The notes beneath the pieces were generated by a model. The model was not told the DNA's origin, ran no database searches, and worked only from the letters and a program-made list of their open reading frames with translations. From NCBI GenBank assembly GCA_963704725.1, contig OY969934.1, positions 2,656,001-2,720,000 of the forward strand: a stretch of DNA of 64,000 nt, given 5' to 3'. Positions 1 to 8,371 of the stretch are shown piece after piece (within the stretch, counting starts at the first letter, position 1; every line of letters starts with the position of its first letter). The stretch is from an uncultured Actinomycetes bacterium. GTDB taxonomy: Bacteria > Actinomycetota > UBA4738 > HRBIN12. The position numbers and the translations under genes are program-made.

Positions 1-134
1 ATACCGCGGCGACGGGATGCCCGGGGCGCTGTCCCCCGACAGGCTTACGGCACTCACGAACACGGGAGACCGAGATCGACGCGGGTCGAAACGTCGGCAC
101 GACCGAGCCCGGCGCAGGGCGGGCGAGCGGGTAC

Positions 135-428
135 GTGCCCCGGACGCGGAGCGACGTCCTCGCGCTGGACATGGGCGACGGGGTCATCCTCTACGACCAG
201 CACTCGAGCCTGGTTCATCACCTGAACCCCTCGGCGTCGGTCCTGTGGAACCTGTGCGACGGGGAGGCGGACGGCACCGAGCTGGCCGCCGAGATCGCCG
301 AGGCGTTCGGGCTGGATCGCGACGCCGTCGCGGCTCAGGTCGAGGGCTTCATCCAGGAGCTGGACGCGCTCGGGCTCATCGAGGACGCCGGCGGGGCCGA
401 GAGGCCGACCGCGACGGACGGCTCGTGA
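135..428 (+). CDS. PqqD-family / RiPP recognition element (RRE) peptide chaperone
   Basis: 97 aa with the PqqD pattern 'DGVILYD...HHLNPSASVLWNLCDG...LAAEIAEAF...VEGFIQELDALGLI'. The frame is open back to the window start, so the true start may lie further upstream. Confidence 0.85.
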   Translation: MPRTRSDVLALDMGDGVILYDQHSSLVHHLNPSASVLWNLCDGEADGTELAAEIAEAFGLDRDAVAAQVEGFIQELDALGLIEDAGGAERPTATDGS

Positions 429-451
429 GCCCGGAGGAGGGGGAGCCGACG

Positions 452-862
452 ATGGACTCGAGGGATGGGGAGCTGAAGCGGCGCGACTTCCTGCGCCGGG
501 CCGCCGTGACGGGGATGGCCGCGGCGTGGGCGGCGCCGGTCATCCAGACGGTCGCGGCGACCCCGGCGTTCGCGCAGACCCAGGGGAGCCCCCCGTCCGA
601 CGGCGGCTGCTTCCACTCGACGGGGACGAACGGCGGCTGCATGCCCGCCTGCGCGGACCTCGCCGGCTGCGGCGGGAACCAGTGCGGCGGCAACAACCCG
701 AACAGCGCGAACGGGCCGTGCACCGCGTACTGCCCGCCGGGAGCGGGCGGCGGCAACCCGTGCTGCAACCCCGGCCTGTGCGACCCGGCCAACTTCACGT
801 GCAGCACGTCCCAGAACGGCGTGGCGACGTACAACGGGTCGCTGGCCGGCTGCGCCGGCTGA
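452..862 (+). CDS. Tat-leader, cysteine-rich secreted peptide / candidate RiPP precursor
   Basis: ATG at 452 follows a strong RBS (GGAGGAGGGGGAG). The leader has RRDFLRRAA, WAAPVI and an AFA cleavage-like site. The 95-aa Gly/Asn/Pro-rich core has 12 Cys. It lies directly after the PqqD gene. Confidence 0.8.
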   Translation: MDSRDGELKRRDFLRRAAVTGMAAAWAAPVIQTVAATPAFAQTQGSPPSDGGCFHSTGTNGGCMPACADLAGCGGNQCGGNNPNSANGPCTAYCPPGAGGGNPCCNPGLCDPANFTCSTSQNGVATYNGSLAGCAG

Positions 863-879
863 ACACGAGCGGCGGACCG

Positions 880-907
880 AGAGCGGCGGGCGTTCGCCCG
901 CCGCTCT
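880..907. terminator. Hairpin between convergent genes, likely bidirectional terminator
   Basis: Perfect 12-bp stem AGAGCGGCGGGC / GCCCGCCGCTCT with a GTTC loop, between stops at 862 (+) and 914 (-). Confidence 0.7.
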
Positions 908-913
908 TGCGCG

Positions 914-1840
914 TCAGCCCGGAGGGAATCGCTCGTCCAGGAGCTCGGCCCGCTCCGGTGGGGTCCCTCCGGCCAGCTCGAACGCCTCGGCCCGCTCCGC
1001 GACCCGCGAGAGCAGGATCACCCCCCGCTCCGCGTACCGGTACAGGTTCGTCGAGTGCGCGGCCATCCGCTCGACCGCACCGGCCCGGGTGACCGGCGTG
1101 AGCCGCGGGGGGCCCACACGATCCTCCCCGATGAACACGATCCATCGGGGGTCCGTCGGCCCCGCGACCGTCGCGCCGAGGTCCTCCGGGCGCACGTGCC
1201 TGGTGGGGAGCCCGGCGCCGAGCCCCCCGCGGTCCTCGAGGCGCTCGTGCAGGTCTCCGAAGAACGCGAGCGCCTCGTCGTCGACCGCGATCCGCCGCTC
1301 GAACGGATGGATGCGCCCGGTGACGGGATCGATCGCTCCAAGCTCGTCCGACAGGTACGAGAACCCCCGCCGAAGGAGGCCGAGGACGAGCGAGGACTTG
1401 CCCACGTCCGGCCGGGCCGGCAGGAGCATCGCCTCACCCCTCCGCTCGACGGCCCCGGCGTGGATCAGGACGAAGTCGCGGGTGCGGGCCGAGACCTCCG
1501 CGTGCAGCAACCACACGGCGTGCGCGAGAACGCCGCTCAGGTCGTGCTGCGTATAACGGAGCGCGTTCCCCACGAACAGCGAGTACAGGGGCGGGTCGGC
1601 TCCGATGTCCTGCTCCTGCACGTACAGGTCGACGGGGAAGGCCGAGACCTCCGGCGTCGCCCGGCGGAACGGCGCGAGGTGCCAGGCCAGCGCCTCGGCG
1701 AAGCCCTCGTCCGTGGATCGGACGGTGAACGAGAGCGACAGCATCCGGTAGTGATCCTCTGCGACCCAGCCCGGGTCGAAGTCGTCCACTCAGCCGCCGC
1801 CCGACCGCACCGGCGCTCGCTCGTCCGCCACCTCGCTCAC
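914..1840 (-). CDS. HPr kinase-related P-loop protein (intact Walker A) with in-frame UGA at 1790-1792, candidate selenoprotein
   Basis: HprK-like signature 'LIHAGAVERRGEAMLLPARPDVGKSSL...YLSDE'. The annotated ORF 914-1789 is preceded in frame by TGA and 13-16 sense codons (GTG at 1831 or 1840) that begin right after the upstream gene's stop. Confidence 0.8.
1759..1792 (-). promoter_or_regulatory. UGA plus SECIS-like stem-loop (kinase paralog A)
   Basis: mRNA reads UGA-GUGGACGACUU-CGACCC-GGGCU-GGGUCG: an 11-nt spacer, a 6-7 bp stem and a G-rich apical loop, extended by a 3' bulged C and U-A/U-G pairs. Confidence 0.55.
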
Positions 1841-1844
1841 CCCC

Positions 1845-2792
1845 TCACTCGTGCTCTGTCGCCGTGGTCACGAGGAGCTCGGCGGCCTCCGGGATCGACC
1901 CCACGACCAACGTGGCCACCGGCACGGAACCCAGGAGGTCCTGCATGACGAGGAACGCCCGGTCCGTCCAGATGTGCAGGTTGAGGAGGGCCTGGGTGAA
2001 CCGGAACAGCGCCTCGGCGCGCCCGATCTCCTGCAGCTCCGTGGGGCGGCCGGGCGCGAACGTGGGGAACACGATCCACCCCGGGAGCGTCGGCTCGGCC
2101 GCCGCCCCCCGGAACTCCTCGATCCGGACGGGCCGCCGGGGCGTCCTCGCCCCCAGCCTGTCGGGATCGGCGAGCAGCGTCAGGCGCCGCCGCCCCGGCG
2201 CCCGCCCCAGCTCGGGGAACAGACCGATGTCCGTGGTGTCGATCAGCAGCGGCAGGACCGAGCCGTGCGCCCGGCGCAGCACCGGGTCCAGGCTCACGAG
2301 CTCGTCGCCCAAGTAGCCCGCGCCGCGGCGAACCATCGCCCCCACGAGCGCGGGCAGGTGCGGCTCGGGAACCGAGGGCAGCAGCAGCGCCCGCTTCCCG
2401 ATCGCCACGCCGCCGGCGCGGACCCGGATGTACTCGTTCGAGTGCTGCGTCGCGAGGTCGCGGACCCCGGAGATGATCCGGCCGGCCATCTCGTCCCGGT
2501 CGACCCCTTCGAAGATCTTCAGCGCACCGATGTACAGGCGGCTCTTGCCCCGGACGACCTTTCCGCCGGCGAGCACGGTGTCCGGACCGACGTCCGCCGA
2601 GAAGTGATTGACGGCTTCGGCCCGCTCCACGCGGAACGCGCGCAGGTGGGCGCGCAGGAGCTCCAGGAAGCTCTCGTCGGTGGCGCGCACGGTGAAGCCG
2701 AGGGCGTCCACCGTGTAGTGATCCGTAGCGACCCAACCTAGCCGCTCGAGCTCGGCCTCTCAGTCGGTGCGCGGTCGGCGTTCCTCGACCAT
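1845..2792 (-). CDS. HPr kinase-related paralog with degenerate P-loop and in-frame UGA at 2760-2762, candidate selenoprotein
   Basis: Aligns by eye with the neighbouring kinase (GWVATDHYTVDALGFTVRATD vs GWVAEDHYRMLSLSFTVRSTD; YLGDE vs YLSDE). ATG at 2792 has an AGGGGG RBS and reads MVEERRPRTD-TGA-EAELERLGWVATDHY into the annotated ORF 1845-2711. Confidence 0.75.
2723..2762 (-). promoter_or_regulatory. UGA plus SECIS-like stem-loop (kinase paralog B)
   Basis: mRNA reads UGA-13 nt-AGCGGCU-AGGUUG-GGUCGCU, then a bulged A and 3 more pairs. The apical loop is 20 nt from the UGA and is encoded with codons rare at this GC content (CTA GGT). Confidence 0.55.
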
Positions 2793-2831
2793 CCGGCCCC
2801 CTGCCCCGTCTCGTCGTGACGAACGCGGGTC

Positions 2832-2840
2832 ACAGTAGCA
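2832..2840 (-). promoter_or_regulatory. Extended -10 promoter element for the kinase pair
   Basis: Minus strand reads TGC-TACTGT (TGn-TANNNT) about 40 nt upstream of ATG 2792. Confidence 0.4.
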
Positions 2841-2855
2841 AGCTGCGCCCGGTGG

Positions 2856-4220
2856 TCAGCTCGACGGCGCCCAGATGGGTCCGACGCAGTCGTCGCGCAG
2901 GGGGAGCACGGCCGGCCGTCGTGGCTCCCGATCGAAGTCGAAGGCCGACAGGAGGGGCGTCGCGTCGCGATCGCGATGGGTGAGCTGGGTGAGGCCCCAA
3001 TTGTCCTCGATGAAACGTAGCACGCTCGAGAACTCCCCCAGCTCGCTCGAGACCAGGCCCTGCTTGGCGTACGGGCTGATCAGGAGCATCGGGACGCGGA
3101 TCCCGAAGCCGAACTGGTCGACCTGAGGCGGCGGGACGTGGTCGTAGAAGCCCCCGTAGTCGTCCCACGTGAGGAAGATCGCGGTGTCCTTCCACATGGG
3201 CGAGCGCATGATCGCGTCGATGACCTTCGTGCTCCAGTTCTCGCCGTGGCAGAAGTTGAACTCCGGATGCTCGGACAGCTCGAATCGCGGCGTGATCCAC
3301 GTGACGGGCGGCAGCAGCCCCGCCCGGATGTCGTCGATCACGTTGTCGACCGGGTAGATGTGCCGCTGCCAGCGATCGGGATGCATGCGATACCGGTGGA
3401 TCGCGCTGTACGCGGACCAGATGTACCCGCGCTGGTCCTCCTGCGCCGCGTAGTACGCCCACGGGATGCTCGAGCGCGTGAGCAGGTCGCCCTCGGTGAG
3501 GAAGTCGAAGCAGGGCGCGACCATCTTGATCTTGCCCTCGCTGTCGTGCACCTCGACGAGCTGCTGGGCCGGGGCGTCGCACCCGAACGTGTTCGAGCCG
3601 CGGGTCGAGGGGAGGCTCCGTCGCGGGTTGTCGACCGCACCGCCCGAGGTGGCCGCGATCGAGTAGAGGTGGTTGGGGAACGACGGCCCCTGGGCGCTGG
3701 CGAAGAAGTTGTCGAACAGCACGAAGTCCTGGGCCCACGTCCAGTAGTTGGGGAGCTGGTCGCGGACGAGCTGCGAGTACGCCCACTCGGGGTTCTCGCC
3801 CTGCCAGAACCCGTCCATCGCGCCCTCGTTCCAGGCCTCGAGCGCGCACTGGTAGCAGTGTGGCAGGTCACCCGGCAGCCGCCCGTCGGTGCCCGGGATG
3901 AGGGGCCACGCCCGCCCGTCTCGCCGCCCCACGCTCACGCCGTTCGCACCGGGGAACGTGCCGAACAGGTTGTCGAACGTCCGGTTCTCCTTGATCAGGA
4001 ACACCACGTGCTTGATGGGGAACTCGGTCGGCAGCGAGCCGGCATCGAAGGCCTCGGGCGCCCCCGTCGTGATCACGCTCGGACTCGCCGACGCCGAGGG
4101 GGAGGCGGAGGGCGACCGCTGCGAAGCGTCGTCGCCGCCGTCGCAGGCCGCCGCGACCAGCGCGAGGGCGAGGAGGACGGCCGCCCAGCGAAGGGCGCGC
4201 GGGCTACGGGGGTGCCGCAT
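2856..4220 (-). CDS. Phosphoesterase / phospholipase C-family lipoprotein
   Basis: '[20 protein letters not shown]', 'GPSFPNH', '[15 protein letters not shown]', '[12 protein letters not shown]'; lipobox LVAAAC. Confidence 0.9.
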   Translation of the reverse strand: MRHPRSPRALRWAAVLLALALVAAACDGGDDASQRSPSASPSASASPSVITTGAPEAFDAGSLPTEFPIKHVVFLIKENRTFDNLFGTFPGANGVSVGRRDGRAWPLIPGTDGRLPGDLPHCYQCALEAWNEGAMDGFWQGENPEWAYSQLVRDQLPNYWTWAQDFVLFDNFFASAQGPSFPNHLYSIAATSGGAVDNPRRSLPSTRGSNTFGCDAPAQQLVEVHDSEGKIKMVAPCFDFLTEGDLLTRSSIPWAYYAAQEDQRGYIWSAYSAIHRYRMHPDRWQRHIYPVDNVIDDIRAGLLPPVTWITPRFELSEHPEFNFCHGENWSTKVIDAIMRSPMWKDTAIFLTWDDYGGFYDHVPPPQVDQFGFGIRVPMLLISPYAKQGLVSSELGEFSSVLRFIEDNWGLTQLTHRDRDATPLLSAFDFDREPRRPAVLPLRDDCVGPIWAPSS

Positions 4221-4301
4221 CGGTGCGAGGACGGTAGCAGCCCGACCTCGATCGGATCGGCCGGCCGGCCCGGTGATCGATCCCCCCGCCGACGCGCGCG
4301 G

Positions 4302-5135
4302 TCAGAGCGAGCCCAGCACCCCCCGGATCGAGGTGTCGAGCGGAGGGAACGGCGGGAGTCCGAGGTGTGGGACGAACGCGCTCGTCATCGCGCTGTACCG
4401 GGGGCGGGGGGCCCGCAGCGCGAGCTGGTCGGCCCGCTGCTCCTGCACGGTCCCCGGCAGGCCGGCTATCGATCTCGCCCGCGTCAGGACCTCGAACCAC
4501 GTCGTCGGCTCGGGACCGGCCAGGTGGTAGGTGCCGAAGCGGCCGGTGAGCGCCAGCGGGAGCAGGCGCTCGGCCAGGTCCCGCACGAACGTCGGGGTGC
4601 CGACACGGTCGACCAGACCGCCGGCGGGCTCCCCCACCGCCAGCCGGCGGAGCGCCCCGGTGAGGAAGTCCGTTCCCCCGCCGAACACGTACCCCGTCCG
4701 CACGACGAAGGACTCGGGCGCGAGCGCGCGGACGTGCCGCTCGCCGGCGAGCTTGCTCCGCCCGTACACGCTCAGGGGCCCGGTCGCGTCGAGCTCGTCG
4801 TACGGCGCGCCCTTCGCGCCGTCGAACACGTAGTCGGTCGAGACGTGCACCAGCACGGCGCCGGTCGATCTGGCCGCCAGCGCGAGCGACTGCGGACCGA
4901 GGGCGTTGTCACGCGCCGCCCGCGCCGGATCCGCTTCGCACGCGTCGACCTGCGTGAAGGCGGCTGCGTTCACGATCAGGTCGGGCGCGAGCGGCACGAG
5001 CGTGCGCATCACCGCGTGATGGTCGCCGACGTCGAGGTCCTCGTGCCCGAACGGATGCAGGTCGTGATGCGACGGACAGGCGTCGAGGAAGGCCCGCCCG
5101 AGGCCGCCCCCGGCCCCGGTCACGGCGATCCTCAC
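4302..5135 (-). CDS. rfbD: dTDP-4-dehydrorhamnose reductase
   Basis: 'VTGAGGGLG', 'NAAAFTQVDACE', 'STDYVFDG', 'YGRSKLAGE', 'APRP'. Confidence 0.92.
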   Translation of the reverse strand: MRIAVTGAGGGLGRAFLDACPSHHDLHPFGHEDLDVGDHHAVMRTLVPLAPDLIVNAAAFTQVDACEADPARAARDNALGPQSLALAARSTGAVLVHVSTDYVFDGAKGAPYDELDATGPLSVYGRSKLAGERHVRALAPESFVVRTGYVFGGGTDFLTGALRRLAVGEPAGGLVDRVGTPTFVRDLAERLLPLALTGRFGTYHLAGPEPTTWFEVLTRARSIAGLPGTVQEQRADQLALRAPRPRYSAMTSAFVPHLGLPPFPPLDTSIRGVLGSL

Positions 5136-5154
5136 GCGGGAGCCTCCGTTCGGC

Positions 5155-6132
5155 TCACGCGGGCGCCCCCGCGAGCACCTCGCCCACCCAGTCCTGGTGG
5201 TCGCGGTACCAGGCCAGCGTGATGGCCAGCCCGTCCGAGAACGGCGTGGCCGGTCGCCACCCGAGGCCATCGAGCCGATCCCACCGCAGGCCGTACGCGA
5301 GGTCGTGTCCGGGTCGGTCGGGCACGAAGGTGACGAGGCCTTCGTCGACGCCGAGGTAGGAGCAGATGCGCTTGGCCAGCTCGAGGTTGGTCATCTCGGT
5401 GCCGCCGCCGATGTTGTAGCTCGTGCCCGCCTGGCCGTGCTCGAGCACCAGCCCGACGGCCCGAACGAAGTCCCGGACGTACAGCCACTCCCGGCGGTTG
5501 CGGCCGTCGCCGTACACGGGGATGGGAAGTCCTTGCAGCGCAGCGTTCGCCCACGTGGGGATGGCCTTCTCCGGGTGCTGCCGCGGGCCGAACGCGTTCG
5601 TGCCCCGGATCGTCGTGACGGGCAGGCCGTAGGTGATCGCGTACGAGCGGCACAGCAGGTCGGCGCCGGCCTTGCTCGCCGCGTACGGGTTCCGGGGAAG
5701 CATGGGAGCGTCCTCGCCGAACGGCTCGGACTCGCTCGACCCGTAGACCTCGTCGGTCGACACGAACAGCAAGGGCTTGCCCAGCTCGCGGCACGCCTCG
5801 AGCACGACCTGCGTGCCGAGGACGTTCGAGAGCACGAACGCCCGGGCGTCGTCGATGCTGCGGTCGACGAAGGACTCGGCGGCGGCGTGAACGACCTTGT
5901 CCGCCCACTCGACCAGACCGACCACGTCCTGCGGGACCGCCACGTCGCCGAGCACGAAGCGGAACCTCGGATCGGGCTCGTGGTGGACGAGGTTCCGTCG
6001 CGTACCGGCGTACGTGAGCTTGTCCAGCACGGTGACGTCGGTGGTGGGCCGCTCGAGCAGCAGGTCCACGAGGTGGGAGCCGATGAAGCCGGCCCCTCCC
6101 GTGACGAGGACGTGCTCACGACGCTCGGCCAT
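5155..6132 (-). CDS. rfbB: dTDP-glucose 4,6-dehydratase
   Basis: 'VTGGAGFIGS', 'LDKLTYAG', 'AAESFVDRSI', 'VSTDEVYG', 'YAASKA', 'DRPGHD'. Confidence 0.93.
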   Translation of the reverse strand: MAERREHVLVTGGAGFIGSHLVDLLLERPTTDVTVLDKLTYAGTRRNLVHHEPDPRFRFVLGDVAVPQDVVGLVEWADKVVHAAAESFVDRSIDDARAFVLSNVLGTQVVLEACRELGKPLLFVSTDEVYGSSESEPFGEDAPMLPRNPYAASKAGADLLCRSYAITYGLPVTTIRGTNAFGPRQHPEKAIPTWANAALQGLPIPVYGDGRNRREWLYVRDFVRAVGLVLEHGQAGTSYNIGGGTEMTNLELAKRICSYLGVDEGLVTFVPDRPGHDLAYGLRWDRLDGLGWRPATPFSDGLAITLAWYRDHQDWVGEVLAGAPA

Positions 6133-6145
6133 GGTGCGCCCGAGT

Positions 6146-7306
6146 CTACCGGCGGTGCCCTGCGCCGGCGCCCGCCGCCTGCAGCACCTCGGCCGTGCGC
6201 CGGGCCGTCTCCTGCCACGTGTACGCCCGGACCCGTTCGGCCCCGGCGCGGCGCAGCCCCTCCCGGAGCCCCTCGTCGCGCAGGAGGCGATCGAGGCCGT
6301 CGGCGATGGCCGCGGCGTCGAGCGGATCGACGAGCAGCGCGGCCCTCCCCGCCACCTCCGGAAGCGCGGAGGTGTCGGCCGTGAGCACGGGGAGCCCGGC
6401 GGCGAACGCCTCCAGCACGGGGAACCCGAAGCCCTCGTGGAGCGACGGGTACGCGAGCGCCTCCGCCCCGGCGAGGAGCGCACGCTTGTCCGCCTCCGAG
6501 ACGTAGCCCGTGAGGACGACGCGCCGGCGGACGGCCTCGGGGAGCTTCTCGACCGCCGCCCGCAGCCGCCCGGCCTCGTCGGGGATCCAGTTCACCTCAC
6601 CCCCGGCGATCACGAGCCAGGCGTCGGTACCGCAGGCGCGGAACGCCTCGACGAGCCGGACCAGGTTCTTGCGGGGGTCGATCCCTCCGACGAACAGCAC
6701 GTACCGCCCGCCGATGCCGAACCGTTCGCGGACGCCCGCGACCTCGGCCGGCGGCGGCGGCACGAACGCCTCCGCGCCGTGGGCGATCGCGTGGATCCGG
6801 GCCGGGTCGACGTCGTCGTGATGGACCAGGAGATCGCGTCTCGCGCTCTCCGACGGGACGATGACGCCTGCCGCTCGGCGCAGCCATCGACGGAACACCC
6901 GCCGCCAACGGGCGTCGATCTGCGGAGCCATCTCGGGGAAGCGCTCGTACGCGAGATCGTGGACGACGAGCACGACCCCTCGGCTCCTCGTGGCCGGGGG
7001 CAGGAAGTTGGTCGCCAGCAGCGCGTCGAAGTCCAGCCGCAGCCACTCGAGGCGCGGCATCCCGATCCGCCACGTGACCGGCTGGAACACGCGCGCGGGG
7101 AAGCGCGACGGATGCTCGGTGAGGTTCGGCGCGAGGCCCTCGAAGAACCGGCGCCGCGTGACCAGGCCTTTCGCGTGGAGGTACCAGGCGACGTACTCGG
7201 GCAAGGGGTCTTCGGCCGGGAGGTGCCGGAGGATCTGGCGCGTGTAGTGGCCGACGCCGGTGCCGTGCGGATCCAGTGCCGGGCGCGCGTCGATCGCGAT
7301 GCGCAC
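6146..7306 (-). CDS. Glycosyltransferase family 4 (GT-B)
   Basis: 'TGVGHY', 'VHDL', 'PRKNL', 'YPSLHEGFGFPVLEAFAAGLPV'. Confidence 0.9.
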   Translation of the reverse strand: MRIAIDARPALDPHGTGVGHYTRQILRHLPAEDPLPEYVAWYLHAKGLVTRRRFFEGLAPNLTEHPSRFPARVFQPVTWRIGMPRLEWLRLDFDALLATNFLPPATRSRGVVLVVHDLAYERFPEMAPQIDARWRRVFRRWLRRAAGVIVPSESARRDLLVHHDDVDPARIHAIAHGAEAFVPPPPAEVAGVRERFGIGGRYVLFVGGIDPRKNLVRLVEAFRACGTDAWLVIAGGEVNWIPDEAGRLRAAVEKLPEAVRRRVVLTGYVSEADKRALLAGAEALAYPSLHEGFGFPVLEAFAAGLPVLTADTSALPEVAGRAALLVDPLDAAAIADGLDRLLRDEGLREGLRRAGAERVRAYTWQETARRTAEVLQAAGAGAGHRR

Positions 7307-7312
7307 GCCGGT

Positions 7313-8371
7313 TCAGTCGACCTCGACGCGACTCTGGTCGCCGATCACGAGGCGCTGGACGCCCTCCACGCCGGAGTGGCGGACCTCGGCGTTGCGTCCC
7401 AGGATCGAACCGCGTACCGTCCGCACCCCCTCGATGCGCGAACCCTCCATCGCGATCGAGTCCTCGACGCGGCTCGAGGCGACGACGCACGACGCCGACA
7501 GCGCGACGTCGGGTCCGAGAGTGGAGTCCTCGACGAGCGAGCCCGCCCCCACGATCACCGGCCCGACGATCGTCGACCGCACGACCTTCGCGCCGGCCTC
7601 GACGACGACGATCCCGGACAGCTCCGACGCCTCGTCGACCTCTCCCGCGATCCTCGGCTCAAGAACCGAGAGCATCATCCGGTTCGCCTCGAGCAGGTCC
7701 TCGGGGCGGCCGGTGTCCTTCCAATAGCCCGTCACCATCTCGGCCCGGACGGTCCGGCCGTGATCGATCAGCCACTGGATGGCCTCGGTGATCTCGTACT
7801 CGCCCCGCCACGAGGGCTTCAGGGTCGCGGCGGCCTCGAGGATCGAGTCGTCGAACAGGTACACGCCGACGAGCGCGAGGTCCGACAGGAACTCCTTCGG
7901 CTTCTCGACCAGCCGGACGACCCGGTCGCCCTCCAGCACCGCCACGCCGAAGTGCTCGGGCTCGGGTACCCGGGCCAGGAAGATCTGCGCGTCGGGCCGG
8001 TGGCGCTCGAACTCCTCGACGAAGCGCCGGATCCCGCCCATGAGGACGTTGTCGCCGAGGTACATCACGAAGGGCTCGCCTCGGACGAAGTCGGCGGCCG
8101 TCGTCACGGCGTTCGCCAGTCCGAGCGGCGCCGGCTGGTGGATGTAGGTCACGTCCAGGCCCCACGCCGAGCCGTCGCCGACCGCTGCCCGCACCTCGTC
8201 CGCGGTCTGGCCGACGACGAGCCCCACCTCGACGATCCCGGCCTCCGCGATCGCCGACAGCACGTGGAACAGGATCGGGGTGTTGGCAACCGGGATCAGC
8301 TGCTTCGCGTTCGTGTGGGTGATCGGGCGGAGCCGGGAGCCCTCCCCGCCCGAGAGGACGAGCGCTCTCAC
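7313..8371 (-). CDS. rfbA: Glucose-1-phosphate thymidylyltransferase (long form)
   Basis: 'LSGGEGSRLRPITHTNAKQLIPVAN', 'YLGDN', 'VEKP', 'WKDTG', C-terminal beta-helix. GTG 8371 overlaps the upstream stop. Confidence 0.9.
   Translation of the reverse strand: MRALVLSGGEGSRLRPITHTNAKQLIPVANTPILFHVLSAIAEAGIVEVGLVVGQTADEVRAAVGDGSAWGLDVTYIHQPAPLGLANAVTTAADFVRGEPFVMYLGDNVLMGGIRRFVEEFERHRPDAQIFLARVPEPEHFGVAVLEGDRVVRLVEKPKEFLSDLALVGVYLFDDSILEAAATLKPSWRGEYEITEAIQWLIDHGRTVRAEMVTGYWKDTGRPEDLLEANRMMLSVLEPRIAGEVDEASELSGIVVVEAGAKVVRSTIVGPVIVGAGSLVEDSTLGPDVALSASCVVASSRVEDSIAMEGSRIEGVRTVRGSILGRNAEVRHSGVEGVQRLVIGDQSRVEVD

Noticed and set aside
17-451. 281-aa ORF 17-862 as a single protein
   Set aside because: The N-terminal part overlaps the PqqD gene in another frame and is Arg-rich shadow sequence. 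A strong RBS marks ATG 452 as the real start.
860-907. UGA of the Cys-rich peptide followed by a hairpin as a third SECIS
   Set aside because: The hairpin is a perfect terminator-like stem between convergent genes, and readthrough would run antisense into the kinase gene.
2793-2858. Phosphoesterase stop (TGA) is in frame with the kinase ATG, suggesting a readthrough fusion
   Set aside because: The spacer contains a -10 element and an RBS, no comparable hairpin was seen, and a lipoprotein-cytoplasmic kinase fusion is topologically implausible. Same frame has a 1-in-3 chance.
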